Of a stretch of 64,000 nt of DNA, positions 28,781-49,547 are shown in pieces. Positions within the stretch are counted from its first letter, which is position 1; each line of letters opens with the position of its first letter. The position numbers were made by a program, and so were the translations under genes. The stretch is from the human T2T-CHM13v2.0 reference genome, Homo sapiens. The stretch lies in NCBI RefSeq assembly GCF_009914755.1, contig NC_060927.1; one strand, 5' to 3'. The notes beneath the pieces were generated by a model. The model saw nothing but the letters and a program-made list of their open reading frames with translations. It was not told the origin of the DNA and made no database searches.

Positions 28781-31039
28781 GTCAGTGCTCAGGAGGGCTG
28801 TGTGAGTGGGTCCCGGTAGGTATTTCAAAGCAGGCTTTTGGCCTCAGGGAGACAGCCTTTTCTTGGCTGTGGGCCCCAGCTTCCTTAACTGTGGAGCGGG
28901 GATAATAAGAAACAGGGTGCTTCACAATTACCCACTCATGGTGAGTGCTCAGTCAGCCACAGCTACCGAGTCATTACTCTTAGTGGAGCCATGACCTTGA
29001 TGCTGGGCTGGGCTGGGCTGCCAGGGGTCAGAGCCACAGCTTTCTTTCCCTGGCTGAGGTCAGAAGGGCATATGGGTGTATTTTCTGCCTCCTGTGGAAT
29101 GTGGGCCCTGAAGAGGCCAGGACTGTCTGAGTTGCTTCCTGCTGGAGACCCAGCACCTAGAACAGGACCTGGCTCAGATAGATGCCTGGGAGATCCCTGC
29201 TGAAGGAGGAAAGGGGGACTCTCCTCTCAGGCTCATGGAGAGTCTCAGAGCACAGCTAGGGTGGCGAGGACTGGGACAGGCCTGCAGGGTGTGGGGCCTT
29301 CCCCAGTGGCAGAGGGGAGAACAGGGGCTCCAGGAGAAGCTCTGAGTGGTGGTGAGGAACTGCGCAGGTGGCCTCCCACCTGGCCAGGGTTTGTGCCTCT
29401 CCCCTGGCAGACAGGACGTCCCCTTGGATCAGGCCCAGATGCCCTGTGGCTGCCCCTGTCCGCCCCTCCTCCCCACCCCCAGGAAAGACCTGGCTCCTTC
29501 CTGCCGCTGTCCACACCAGTCCTCTTGGAGCCCACAGGCCTTAGAAAACATCACGAGCATGTACATTTGCGCACTTATCTGAGGGTCTGGCCTATTGTTT
29601 CCAACAGTCTCACAAGTATCTGTGACCCAGAAAATGGTTACTAACCGCAGATCTCAGCACTGGGGGTATTGGGAATGGTGCTCCTGCCACACATGGCAGG
29701 GTGGGCTGGGGGTGATTGGCAGATGGCAGCTCTACCCACATGAGAAAAAGCAGCCCCCAGCGGCACAGGGTAGTGTCAATCAGGGCTCTCAGCAACCAGT
29801 AGTGGACATTCACTCTGCTGCCCGAGGGCTGGGGTAGCCTGCCCCGGCCCGCGGACGCAGCAGGGTCTGGAGGCCAGGCATGGGTCTCTTCGCCCTGGCT
29901 CCTTCTTGGCCACTGAGTGGGTCCTGGGGGTGGAGTGGTGTCACGCAGCCTCAAGAGCTGGTGATTAGGGCTCTGAAAACAGCCTTCTTGGCAGCCCTGA
30001 GATCTGGGCATTTTTGATGCAAAGAGGGAGGTCCCTTGACTACTCAGCAGCCTGGTGAGAGCAGACTCCAGCTAATGGTGGAGGCTCCGCTGAGCCTTGG
30101 ACACTGCCCAGGCACCACCTCTGGTGGCCTCTGTGGGACCCCAGATGCCACTCCCAAGGTGGGCCCTCCTGCAGCATGACCACCTCTTGGTCCCAGGGAG
30201 GCAGTAAGGCCCAAGGAAGGGGTCACCAGGGCCCCTGGGACTCTGGACCCTTCTTCCAACTGGAAAATAGAGGGGACCATCAGGAGGCTGCCCAGAGCCC
30301 ACCCAGGCCCTGGGAAATGTGGCCATCCCCTCCTAAAGCAAATGCCCACACCCCTCTCCCCACCTCTGTGGTCTCACTTTGCCTGGGACTTTCTTCTCCA
30401 TTGATTATCTGGTGTCACAGGCAAACTGAGATGGATGGTCACCCTATCAATGGGTCTCTCCCCACCAACTCCCCTTCCCCCAGGTATGGAATGGAAGCCT
30501 CTGTATACCCTGCTCATCTAAGTAGCGGCAGTCATTTTTTGACTTGAGGGTCCTGCAGGGCTGGAGTAGTGGAGCCACCCACAGTATCCAGGATGCCTCA
30601 AGCTGGCAATGGCCTCAGGGAATGAATATCAGACTCCAATATGCTGAGGGGGCCTCTGCAGTAGGGGTGGGAGGAGACCATCCCATTTCATCTTCCTATC
30701 CAGTGGTAACACTCTCCCTTGTTGAACTCAACACCTGGCTTGAGCAATGGCCCCTGGTGCTGGGTGGTGTGGAAAGGAGTGGTCAAGCATGCTGGCTCTG
30801 GACAGGGAGAGCAGGGCTAGGACAGACCTTCTGGAAGCCACCATCCCTCCAGGCTCATAGCCCCAGGACACCTGGTGCCATGCCTGTGTTCTCCCAGCCA
30901 CTGCCCAGCCACAGGCAAGCTTTGAGCTTCCCACACTCCAAAGCATACTACCTGGTTGGTAATTTATTTTATGGGGTGGAGGCTGGTTTTTGGGTGCTGG
31001 CCTGAGCCCTGAAGCCCCTGCCCCTGCTTCTACCTGCAG

Positions 31040-31214
31040 TCGGAAGCTTTGAGGTTCCTGAAGACTTCCAGGAGCGCATGGAGCAGCAGTGCATCGGGTC
31101 CACCACCCGGCTGCTCGCCCAGACTGACTTCCCACTGCAGGCCTACGAGCCCAAGATGCAGGTGCCTTTCCAGGTGCTGCCAGGCCAGCATCCTCGCAAG
31201 ATTGAGATCGAGAG
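31040..31214 (+). CDS. DNAH1: DNAH1 exon 4
   Basis: tgcag|TC; (V)GSFEVPEDFQERMEQQ...KIEIE(R); AG|gtacgg. Confidence 0.95.
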
Positions 31215-31634
31215 GTACGGCTGGGTGGGCTGTGGGGAGACTGTCGGGGAGGTGGCATCCACCCGCCTCAGGGGATGAGGAACTGCAGATCACCAGGTGA
31301 TAATCCTCATGGCAGAGCCTGTGCACAAGTGTTTAGATCGAATCTTCTAGCCCTTTGGTGTCTTAATAGGAACAATTTACGTTATGGAGTTGGGGAAGGT
31401 GGCATTGAGGTCAATGAATGGGACTGCGGGGCGGGACAGAAGGGCAGTTGGAGCCCAGGACACCAGCCCCAGCCACCACACCACTTCCTGATGAGTCTCA
31501 GAGGGGTGGAGGGCTCCAGAGGGGTCTCTCGGCCACACCCCTGTCCCCACAACCCCGTAGGCCCTTGTGGACACCCATGGAGCCACCTCACACGAGCCAA
31601 GCCATCCTGAGGTCCCCTCCCTGCCCTTGACCAG

Positions 31635-31791
31635 GAGGAAACAGCAGTACCTGAGCCTGGACATTGAGCAGTTGCTGTTCAGCCAGGGCATCGACTCCAA
31701 CAAGCTCATGCCCAGGCACCTGGACCACCAGCACCCCCAAACCATCGAACAGGGCCATGACCCAATCTTCCCCATCTACCTCCCACTGAAG
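31635..31791 (+). CDS. DNAH1: DNAH1 exon 5
   Basis: ccag|G; RKQQYLSLDIEQ...IYLPLK; AAG|gtgagc. Confidence 0.95.
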
Positions 31792-32781
31792 GTGAGCCGG
31801 GCTTCCACAGATGGTTGAGAGACAGGGGCAGAAGTGCAGGACCCCAGTGGACGCTCAGGAGTCAGATCTGAAAGGGGATTCCCCCACCAGTCACCAGCAC
31901 ACTCTTGTCAAACAGGGCAGGTCAACAATAGGAACCCATCCCAGGTACTTTGAGCATCCTAGATGGGGCAGGTGGGGCCCCCAGCCCCCCTAGAATGCTG
32001 AGTCTTTGCTTCTTCCCTGGGCAGCCTGTATGCCTGGCCTCGGCCTCCGTGCCACCCATGGGCAACCTAGATGCGGCCCAGCTGGACTGTGGAGTATCCT
32101 CCCTGACCAGTGCCCGCCTCAGGGTAGGCAGCTGCTTCTGGGCTCACTGAAATGGGAAGAGCAGGGATGGAAGAGGGAATCAGTGCCACCCCCGTGGGGT
32201 ATAAATCAGGAAACGAATCCAGGGAGGAGAAAGAGGGAGCATGGCCTGGCTCTGGCTTTCACCCACCTCCCCTCCTCTCCTCTCTGCGGCCCTGAGTGTC
32301 TCTCGCCTGGTGGTCCCTGTAAGGAGGTAAAGCTGAGTCTAGCTAAGGGCTACCTCCTGACAGCCCCGAATCTCACCAGTTCCAAGTTGGAGTAGGGTCC
32401 CCAGGAAAACCCAAGGGCCACCTCTTCCCTTGGTCCTGAGCTAGGTGGCCCTGGGCAGTGGGAGAAAGAACCCACCACCTGCTCTGGGTCCCTGGACACC
32501 CCTCTGCCTGAGCCTCAGGTGGCTTGGCTGGATGGGGATCCAGGGTTTCACCCAACCAGATGCTGTGTACCCCTGGGAGCAGCAGTGGAGAGGCTCAACC
32601 CCCAGTCCTAGCAGTGGAGAGGGTCAGCCCCCAGTGGAGAGGGTCAGCCCCCAGTGCCACCTTGCAGCTCTCTCACCTGGGGAGGGTATTACTTAGGCAC
32701 CCCATCCTTTGGCACACCCAGTCCCACCTGGGCCCCACTAGAGGAGCTGCTTCTTCCCAATGTTGGCCTGCTTTCTTCCAG

Positions 32782-32914
32782 GTATTTGACAATGAGGACT
32801 TTGACTGCCGGACTCCCAGAGAGTGGATCAACATGGGCTTGGAGCCAGGGTCTCTGGACAGGAAACCTGTCCCGGGAAAAGCCCTCTTGCCCACTGATGA
32901 CTTCCTGGGGCATG
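32782..32914 (+). CDS. DNAH1: DNAH1 exon 6
   Basis: ttccag|GTA; VFDNEDFDCRTPREW...DFLGH; G|gtgagc. Confidence 0.95.
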
Positions 32915-34445
32915 GTGAGCAAGGCCACTCTGGAGTGGGGACACTATCTCATTCCAGTAGCAGCCCTGTCACAGACTCCTGGGCTCCCCTGGGACCTGGC
33001 AGCCACCGGAGGCGAGGGGTCTTTCAAGACCTCTCAGCTGGTAGACAGGCCTAGAAGCTGGCCTCACAGAGGCAGGAATGCAGGGACCAGGGAAAACATC
33101 GTTGGGAGAGCTGGAAAAGGGACAGCTGGATGGTGTCTAGTGTTTTGAAAAATCTTTGATTTATTGGTAGTAAAATATGTACATGCTCATTGGGAATATT
33201 GAAACATGCACGAGGGGCACAATTCCACTCTCCATCCCTCCACCCAGAAGCCCCATTGTTGCAGCTCTAACCATGGCCTCTCAGCTTTCACTTTTGTGTG
33301 CACAACACACACCATCACACACTTGCTCACAAACACAAATCCCCATCATCACACACATTGACAAGCACATTCACTGTCATACACACCCCCAACAACCTCT
33401 CTTGTGTACACATTTTCACCACACAGAAACACACTCTCCTATTGTCACCCATCCACAACCACTGTCACACCTCACCATGCCCACTTGATGCCACACAGGT
33501 TTGCCTTGTCTTGGCCTTGTCAATAATCTGCCCAGGGAGTGCCCTTGGCTGCTCCTTTGGCCTCAGGCCTGCCCCAGCGGCTGTGGAGGCTCTCCCATTT
33601 CCTGCTGTGGAAAGCAGTGCCAGGTGGGCATCCGCAGCTGACATCTCGGCCTGCACGGCTGGGTGTCGATGCAACATCCTAGGAAGGTGTGGGCCATCAT
33701 TTGGGAAGTTGGAGGTGGCTGTTCCCCTGTGCAGGGCTGAAGGCTGCTCTGCTCCCCACCTGGTGGGTGGACAAGATGCTGTGAGTTGGGAGTGGGCCCA
33801 GTAGGCCAGCTCCAGGTGGGAAGCAGGGTTGTGATAGCCATGACTGGTTTTAAGCCTGCCCAGTGAGTCCATTGAGCAGGCTGTAAATTTATGTTTCATT
33901 TTAAAAACATCTTAATGCTAGAATCAATTTCTCTGAACTAGACAAGAAGCCCAGAATGTTACCTTTACTTTGGACTTAATTACAAAAATAATTTAACTCA
34001 ATTGTTCCCAGATCGCCAATTCCTGGTGATAAAACCAGAAGGTTTGGGGCTGCATTAGCCTTAAATGCACCAAGTAGCAGCCTCCATCGAGGTGCTCTGC
34101 TTACACCCCTTCACATGGCCCTGGTCTGGGGTGGTGGCCCAGGTGGGAGGAGGGGTGAGCAGGGAGAGGCTCTGCTGGGGACCTCTTGTTTTCTGCTGGG
34201 AGCTTCCAGTGACATCTTTTCATCTGAGTTGAGCCGAGACAAGGCCAGTATTTTCAGAAAGGCAACCTACTAGGAAGGGAAGGGAAAAGCAAAACAGAGA
34301 AGCAAAATAGGTGAGCTATAGACCTTGTTTACCATCCTTTACTCAGCTAGCTGGTGTCAACAGGTGGGGAGCATTTCCTGAGAATTCCAGCCCTTCCTTC
34401 CTCAACCTAGTCTGTAGAACTCAAACAAAACAAAAAAAACCAGGG

Positions 34446-35109
<664 letters not shown>

Positions 35110-36047
35110 TAGTTTCCATTCCAGGCCCAGGGACACAGCTGTGACTGAGATGGGACAAAGTCGCTCCTGCCCTTAGTGAGTTGACACTAGTGTGAGCAGG
35201 TCAGCTGTGAACCAGGAGCTGATGCATAAGTAGTGTGACTTTCGGCACTGTGAGGAACAGAATGGGGTAACAAGTCAGAGAGTGCCTGGGACAGGGGTGC
35301 TATTTTAGGCACAGAGGCTTCTCCTTGGAGAAGGGAACAACCAGCAATGAGGCGACCTGAGTGGAGAGTGTTCCAAGCCGAGGGCACAGGCAGTGCAGAG
35401 GCTCTGCCGTGGGAACAAGGTCGAAACTCACAGGAATAGCCAGACATCCAGTGTGGCTAGAGAGAAATGAGTGAGGGGCAGCGGTGGGAGGTAAGCTAGA
35501 GAAGTGGGCACAGGCTTTCAGCCCAGGAAACCAGTGGGAGGCCAATCCTGACCAAAGAGCGGCTCCTGCCCTGCCCTGCCCTGCCGTGCCCTGTTCTCAG
35601 ATGAGGGGCCCAGGGACTGAGCAGCCAGGGGCAGCCTGTGGGGAGGGCTTCACCCTGGCCATGGTCACCTTGAAGGGGGTCCAACTCATTCCTGACCTTT
35701 ACAACTGGGTTCTCAGCAGGTCTCCTTTAACTTGGGGCTTTCGTGCCACCTGTCCCAGCCTCCCATTGGCCTGTGTGTCTCTCTGCCCTGGTGGAGGTTG
35801 TGCTGAGCACCAGGGCAGAGAAGCCTGGTCTTTCTGGCTCCTTCTGCAGCACGGGGTTCCTCAGAGGCGAGCTCGGCTGGGAGGAAGCAGGGCCCTGGCT
35901 CTGCTGGAGCAGAGGGGGGCATCCCAGCGGGAGAGACGCCAGACTGGTGATCTCTGAGACCCATTCCCAGCGATGCTGCCAGCACTCAGAGGCCCCTTCC
36001 TGCCCCCATGGCGGGGGGCACTGGTGGAGTTTCTCCTCCTGTTTCAG

Positions 36048-36209
36048 AGGACCCCAAGAGTCAGAAGCTGAAGTACAAATGGTGCGAGGTCGGCGTCCTG
36101 GACTACGACGAGGAGAAGAAGCTATACCTGGTACACAAGACAGACGAGAAAGGCCTGGTGCGAGATGAGATGGGGAGGCCCATCCTGAATGCAGGGGTCA
36201 CCACTGAAG
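36048..36209 (+). CDS. DNAH1: DNAH1 exon 7
   Basis: ttcag|AG; (E)DPKSQKLKYKWCEVG...GVTTE; G|gtatga. Confidence 0.95.
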
Positions 36210-36510
36210 GTATGAGGTCCTGCCGCTGCCCCAGGCAGAACCCCAGCTTGGGCCTGGCCGGCCTGTGACTGAGGCCAACTCCGCCCAGGGCACTGCCAGA
36301 TCAGGTCTGAATTCTACTTTTCTGTTTGCCCAATGCCCTGACCGGTGAGGACCAGAGGACTCATCACTCAGAGACCCCAGAAAGGGCAAGTGGCCATTAT
36401 TTGGCATGTCAGCTCTGAGCCCAAGTCCCATCAATAAGCGATGCCTGCCCTGGGTGTGGGATCAAGGGATGGGCACTTGAACAGCCATGCCTGTATAACT
36501 CCTTGTCTAA

Positions 36511-36852
<342 letters not shown>

Positions 36853-37041
36853 TGACACCTTGTGAGATGGGCCGGGCAGGAAGTGTCGTCATGCCCATTT
36901 CACAGATGCAACAGGGGGTCAGAAGAGGGAAACAATTTGTTCAGGGCCACTGGGCATCCACGGCACAGCCGGCCGGAACCTAGTGTTTCAGCCCAGAAAG
37001 CCTGATTGTGTGTCCCCTTCTCCCTCTCACCCGGCCCCCAG

Positions 37042-37294
37042 GAAGGCCACCCCTTCAGGTCTGTCAGTACTGGGTGCCACGGATCCAGCTTCTCTTCTGC
37101 GCTGAGGACCCTTGCATGTTCGCACAACGTGTGGTCCAGGCCAACGCCCTGCGCAAGAACACGGAAGCACTGCTGCTCTACAACTTGTATGTGGACTGCA
37201 TGCCCTCTGACGGCCAGCATGTCATCAGTGAACAGAGCCTGAGCAAGATCAAGCAGTGGGCCCTGAGCACGCCTCGGATGCGCAAAGGCCCCTC
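37042..37294 (+). CDS. DNAH1: DNAH1 exon 8
   Basis: cccag|GA; (G)RPPLQVCQYWVPRIQLLFCAEDP...RKGP(S); TC|gtgagt. Confidence 0.95.
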
Positions 37295-37766
37295 GTGAGT
37301 CCCCGCTCGGCCTTCCCTATTCTGGGCATCACCTTCTTCAGGGAACCTTCCCATAGGAAGTTGGTGCTACTCCAGGGTGGAGCTCCCTCAGGGCTCATCT
37401 GTTTGAGACTGTCCTGGCTATTGCCCTCTGGACTTGTTGGGGCCTCAAACAATTTTTTGTTCATCTCCAGATCCCTCATTATCCATATGGACTCCTGGAT
37501 CCTTATTTTATTCAAAGGGTTACAATTGACTACTTTTTAAAAATTTTGATGCTCAAATTGTCCTAGATTTGGCCAGCGGGAGACTTTTCAAGCTAATTCC
37601 TGTGTCGCCTTACCATGTTTCCATCATTCTTCAAAACCCTTAGATGATGATTTATTAGCAAGATGCCCCTAAGATAACTTTACTTTCTGGCACAGCAAGA
37701 ATTTCCAGGCTCATTGTGTACTTTCCCAGGTCCAGTCCTGAAACCAGCTGTTTCTCCAAGGAAGCT

Positions 37767-38085
37767 CTTTTTATTTATTATTTTAGTTTATTTTTTGAGA
37801 CAGGTTCTTACTCTGTCACCCAGGCTGGAGTGCCTGGAGTGCAGTGGGGCCATCTTGGCTCACTGTAGCCTCAGTTTCCTGGGCTCAAGCAAGCCTCCCA
37901 CCTCAGCCTCCTGAGTAGCTGGGACTTAGGCATGTACCACAACATCTGGCTAATTTTGTTATTTTTTGTAGAGACAGATCTCCCTATGTTGCCCAGGCTG
38001 GCCTTGAATGCCTAGGCTCAAGTAAATCTCCCACCTTGGCTTCCCAAAGTGCTGGGATTATAGGCATGAGCCATCATGCCCGGCT
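37767..38085 (-). mobile_element. AluJ-like
   Basis: Antisense Alu. Confidence 0.88.
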
Positions 38086-38210
38086 GGAAGTTCCTTTTAG
38101 TTGAGGAATTATATTTAGAAGCCAAGATCTGGGCATTAGATGTGCTCATTGCTACTGGGATATCATTGCTTTGAGACTCCCACAGCAGACAGATCTGGGA
38201 AATATATATA

Positions 38211-38908
<698 letters not shown>

Positions 38909-38916
38909 TAGTTTTA

Positions 38917-39392
38917 TAGTCATGCATCACTTAATGATAGGGACATGTTCTGAGAAATGTGTCATTAGGTGATTTCATCATTGTGCAAACATCATAGTGT
39001 GTACTGACACAGACCTTGATGATATAGCTGGCTGCACACCCAGGATATATGGTACAGCCTAGTGCTCCTAGGCCACAAACCTATACAGGCTGTGATTACT
39101 GAATACTGCAGGCAACTGTAACACAACGGCAAGTATTCATGTATCTAAACATAGAAAAGGTACAGTAAAAATACAGTATACAAGATAAAACATGGTACAT
39201 CTATGTAAGGCACTTACCATGAATGGAGCCTGCAGGGCTGGAAGTTGCGGTGGTTGAGTCAGTGAGTGAGTGGTGACTGAACGTGAAGACCTAGGATATT
39301 ACTATACACTACTGCGGACTTGATAAATACTGTATACACTTAGGCTACACTAAATTTATTTTAAATTTTTCTTTCTTCAATAATAAATTAAC
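38917..39392 (-). mobile_element. Tigger3-like DNA transposon fragment
   Basis: Resembles Tigger3 terminus (agtcatgcatcacttaatg...ttctgagaaatg...tctaaacatagaaaaggtacagtaaaaat). Confidence 0.75.
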
Positions 39393-39405
39393 CCAACACA
39401 CCTTA

Positions 39406-40833
<1,428 letters not shown>

Positions 40834-40844
40834 CCTTTTTCCCA

Positions 40845-42235
<1,391 letters not shown>

Positions 42236-42689
42236 ATGCTTTTCGATCTGCATTTTACTTTGTTTGATATCAGCGTAGCAACCTGACATTTTATTATTTC
42301 CGTTTGCCTGAGAAATCCCTCTATTTTGAGCCTTTCTAAACTAATTCATTTTAGATCAGTTTCTTACTTTCAGCATATAGTTTGGGTTTTATTTGTGAGC
42401 CAAATTTAAAACCTTTTTCTTGTAATAAGCCCATTCACATTTATTGGTATGGCTAATAGGTTTGACCTCAACTCAGTCATATTGCTTCATATTATAATCA
42501 TTATGTGTATTGTAATATAATGCTATGTTTCTTTCTCTACATTATATGTTTTCTTAGTTCTTCTATTTTAAAAATTCCTTTTGGCATTTAGGAAGGTCTG
42601 TACCGTTATTTTAGTGGTTTCTTTTATAGTCTCCATTATCCCCTGCTTTCCTACTTAACCCTTTAGTATCTGTCCTGTTTCATTGTTGT

Positions 42690-45647
<2,958 letters not shown>

Positions 45648-46759
45648 TAGATCTATCTTAGGGTTACCACTATTTCCCTTTTCTGCAGTTTTTCTTAGAC
45701 TGCCCTTGTTCTCTGTGAAAACTTGCAGCAAGAGTGTGAGAGACAGCTCACTGGAGATAGATTTTTTTTTTTTAATTTACAGATAATTTGAAGTCTAGGC
45801 ATTCTGCTGATTCTAGTTGTGCTAAAGGTGTGGGTTTTGGTAGTGTTAGTTTTTTCTTCCTTCCTTCCTTCCTCCCTCCCTTCCTTCCTTCCTTCCTTCC
45901 TTCCTAGGATGTGTTGGGAAATTTGAATCGATATAGCCACCTTACCTTGGCTGTCCAGAAGTCTGTTTCTTGAATTTTATTCAATTTATAATGTTTTTGG
46001 CTTTAAGTATCAAAGATGCTGGTCTCAGATTGTCTTAGACAGCAGGGAAGTGCATTCCTGTACCTGTAGCAGGAAAACCAATGCAGGACGCCCCAGGGTT
46101 GGTGCATCAGGGCCCTGTCTGCAGTGTATGCTGGCTTCATCTTCAGGCGAGATGGCAGCAGCAGTTTCATGACCACAACAAAGGTTGTCTTAGATTGGGT
46201 TCCGTAGAAGCAGACCCTGATGTGGGGACTCTTGTGCAAGCGATTTATGAAATCCTCTCAGGAGAAATCTATAAGGAAGTGAAGGAAGCAGGGTATAATA
46301 GAAGAAGCAGCTGGTAAAATATGGTTTTAGAAGTCTAGTCTCAGCCTGATCCTGTGGGAAACTCTAGAGCAAGCATGGCACCACCGTATTTGTCCTGGAG
46401 GGAGCCAGAACAAGAGGGCTTGACTTTGACTTTTTTTTTTTTTTTTTTTTTTTTGAGACAGGGTCTTGCTCTGTCCCCCAGGCTAGAGTGCAGTGGAGCA
46501 ATCTTAGCTCACTGCAAAGGGCTTGACTTTTATATATCTGCATCAGTGGTTGATCATAACTGGGACGTGTTCCCACACCTAAACCAACTGCAGTTGGGGC
46601 AAGCTCCACCACGACTGGCTTGGACTAGCTGAGATGTACCCCTGTAGCTGGGGCTGTAGTCATCTTCCCCTGAGTCAAGTGAGGAAGGATGGAATTCTGG
46701 AACAAAACTGAGGAAGAAGGGAGGGAGTGGATGTCAGGCCAGCAAGCAGCCATGTGTGG

Positions 46760-48100
46760 AAGTACCCATCTTGTGCCAGACACTGGGTACAGAGGAGTGA
46801 ACATTTCCAACAAAGAGCCTGCACCCTGGGGACTCTCAGCCTGGCCAGAAAGACAGACAATGAAAAATCTGGGTTTTTAGGGTTCTGATAAGTGCTGTGA
46901 AGACCAAGCGAGAGAAGGGAATAGAGATGTCTCAGAAGGGCTTCTTTATATTAGGCGGTCAGGGAAAGCCTTTCTCACAGTGGTGATAACATTTGAGTTG
47001 AGGTCTAAAGTAAGGGAAGAAGAGGATTCTGGCAGAAGGAGCAGCAGTGCAGAGGCTGAGGTAGGGACAAGTTTGTGGTACTTGAGGAGCAGGGCAGGGT
47101 TACTGTGGTTGGGATGCAGAGAGAGATGTTGGTCTGGGAGGCTGGACCACATGCAGGGGCAGAGACGCGGCCACAGGCCGACAGTCTGTGCAGGCCATGG
47201 GTGGTGGTGAGCAGAGGAGTGGCTTGATCGTTTACATGTTTAAAATATATTTTTTCCAACTCAAGTAGAGAATGAGTTGTAAGGGGGCAAGAGTGGAAGC
47301 AGGGAGATCAATGAGGAGACTAATGCCATAATCAGGGCCAGAGATCATGATGGTGGCTTGAACCAGAATAGTAGCTGAGCAGCACGGGAGAAAGAGATAT
47401 ATTTGAGGTTTCCTCAGCGGTGGAGCCAATGAGAGCTGCTAATGGACTAAATGCAAGCTCACCCCAGGTCTGGGGATTTCCAATCTCAAAGCCCAGTTTC
47501 AGGATCAGGTGCAGGGGTCACCCACCCTCAGGCCCAGTCATGGTGTTGCACATCCAGTAGCAGGAAGAGACCAGGGACCCCTCCGTAGGGCTTTGGTCAG
47601 TAGGGTGTGTGCAATGCTGTTCAGAGACAAGGAGGCTAGTGGGGATAGGGGGCAAGCGAGGAACAGGGGATGGAGAGAAATGAAGAGCTTGCCTTCTGAC
47701 ATGCTGGTTCTGACACGTTGTAAGGCATCCAGTGTCAGTGTTGAGTGGGCTGGTGGATAAATGAAGGGAGAGAACTGCAGATAGGTGTGAGGGTTCTGGC
47801 TGAATAGAACAGGTGGTGTTCAGAGTCCGAGGCTGGAGGAGCTCACCTGGTGGGAGGTGTAGCTGGGGAAGACGAGGGGTCTCAGGACCCCTGGCACAGG
47901 CCAACGTTTAGAAGTCAGGGAGGTGAGGAAGATCCAGGGGAAGGGTGTCCCAGAAGCTCCGTGAGGACAGCGGTGCAGCAGAATAGGAGGGAGCCACTGT
48001 GCCAAGTCTCTGAGAGTCCAGTGAGATGAGGCAGAGCCTGGAGTGGCCTCAGGGGTAGCGAGGGAAGAGATGAGGATGGGAAGAAGTGAGCACACCAGTT
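46760..48100 (+). mobile_element. Decayed L2 (approximate)
   Basis: L2 motifs (catttgagttgaggtct, gatggtggcttgaaccag, tttagaagtcagggagg). Confidence 0.6.
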
Positions 48101-49389
48101 TTTCATAAAGAAACACAAAGAGATAAAGTCAAAGGAGGGAAGGAAGTCAAGGGGCGGCTTCTAATGTGGGACATACCAGAGTGTGTGGGGACCCCTGGGA
48201 GGGCGTGGGAGGGAAGGCAAAGAGACTGAGGTGGCTGAGCTTGCTGGGCTTTTCCTGAGAGCAGGGCATGCCTTCTACCCTGGCAGAAGGCAGGGAGATT
48301 CCGGGGTGTGAAGATGGGGTCATTTCTGTCCAATGGCTTCTGAGTTCCGGATGAAATTCGAGGGACTTCACCCAGTGAGGGAGGGTGTGTCTGTGAGTTG
48401 GCAGAGAAGGTGAGAGAGAGTCTTTTCCAGGTTCCGAGGGAGTGAGTAGATTTCTAGGCCAGGTTGAGGGTGTGTTGAAGGTGAGACCAGTCCCCTGCCT
48501 ACGAAGTTCTCCAACATCCCGCAGCTCTGGTGCAAGTGTGGGCTGCAGGAAACTGAGATTCCCTTGTGGTGCCATTACCAGGGCTAAAGGGACTATTCAG
48601 ATGTGGCAGAGGTGGGAGGGAGGGAGAGATCGATGGCAGAGACCAACTCAAGGAACAGAAAGGCCTGTCCGCAAAGGACAGAGATGCCAGCTGGCTCAGA
48701 TGAGGCCTGAGCAAGCCAGGTGCCGGAACACAGCGGCATAGGCAACGTGTGCTGAGGAGTGAGTGAGCGAGTGAGTGAGTGAGTGAAATGGCCTCCAAGG
48801 GGTCTGCCTATGTGAGGACGGGGGAGATGGTGTGCACGCTCACCCCAGGTCTGCTGATTTCCGATCTCGGAGCCCAGTTTCAAAGTGAAGTGCAGGGGTC
48901 ACCCACCCTCAGGCCCAGTCATGGGCACATCCTGAGTTCTCAGCACCTTCCAGGCGCTGCCATGATTGCCCAGTGAAAGCAAAGGAGCTCAGTGGCAGGC
49001 ATCTTCCACTGCACCATGGGGCAGCAGGCGGGGGTGCTGCAGGGGAGGTGCAGGCTGTGAGTGGCAGCTCTCTGAGGCTTCCAGGCCCAGGACTTCCTGC
49101 ACCCCGTCCCACTGCTCTGGGGCCTGCCTTGGCTCCCAGAGACTGGCAACAGAAAATGGGGACAAGGGGCAGAAAATGGGGGACAGAAAATGGGGACAAG
49201 GGGGAAAGAAGCAGAGGAGGTGCACTTGGAGGTTAGTGGCTCAGGGCCGGGTGGGGGTGTGCCCATGAATCCAGAAGGGAAGCCCTAAATGCGTGTCCCC
49301 AGGTCCATGCCAGAGCAGAGCTTGGGCCCCGGCTGGGGTTCACAGGGTGTGGAGCCCCTGATTCCCCCATCTCCCATCTCTATGGGCAG

Positions 49390-49547
49390 GGTTCTAGAGC
49401 ACCTCAGCAGTCTTGCCAGAGAAGTGAGCCTGGACTATGAGCGCAGCATGAACAAGATCAACTTTGACCACGTTGTCTCTTCCAAGCCCGAGACCTTCTC
49501 CTACGTCACCCTCCCCAAGAAGGAGGAGGAGCAGGTGCCTGAGCGAG
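49390..49547 (+). CDS. DNAH1: DNAH1 exon 9
   Basis: ggcag|G; VLEHLSSLAREVSLDYERSMNK...VPER; G|gtgagg. Confidence 0.95.

Noticed and set aside
30113-30130. CTCF-like motifs (also ~33765 and ~60910)
   Set aside because: Mismatches at core positions; cannot be supported without ChIP data.
32580-32656. ~20-bp repeated unit cagtggagagggtcagcccc (similar small repeats at 49149-49204 and 54431-54462)
   Set aside because: Ordinary slippage minisatellites with no spacer structure; not CRISPR-like.
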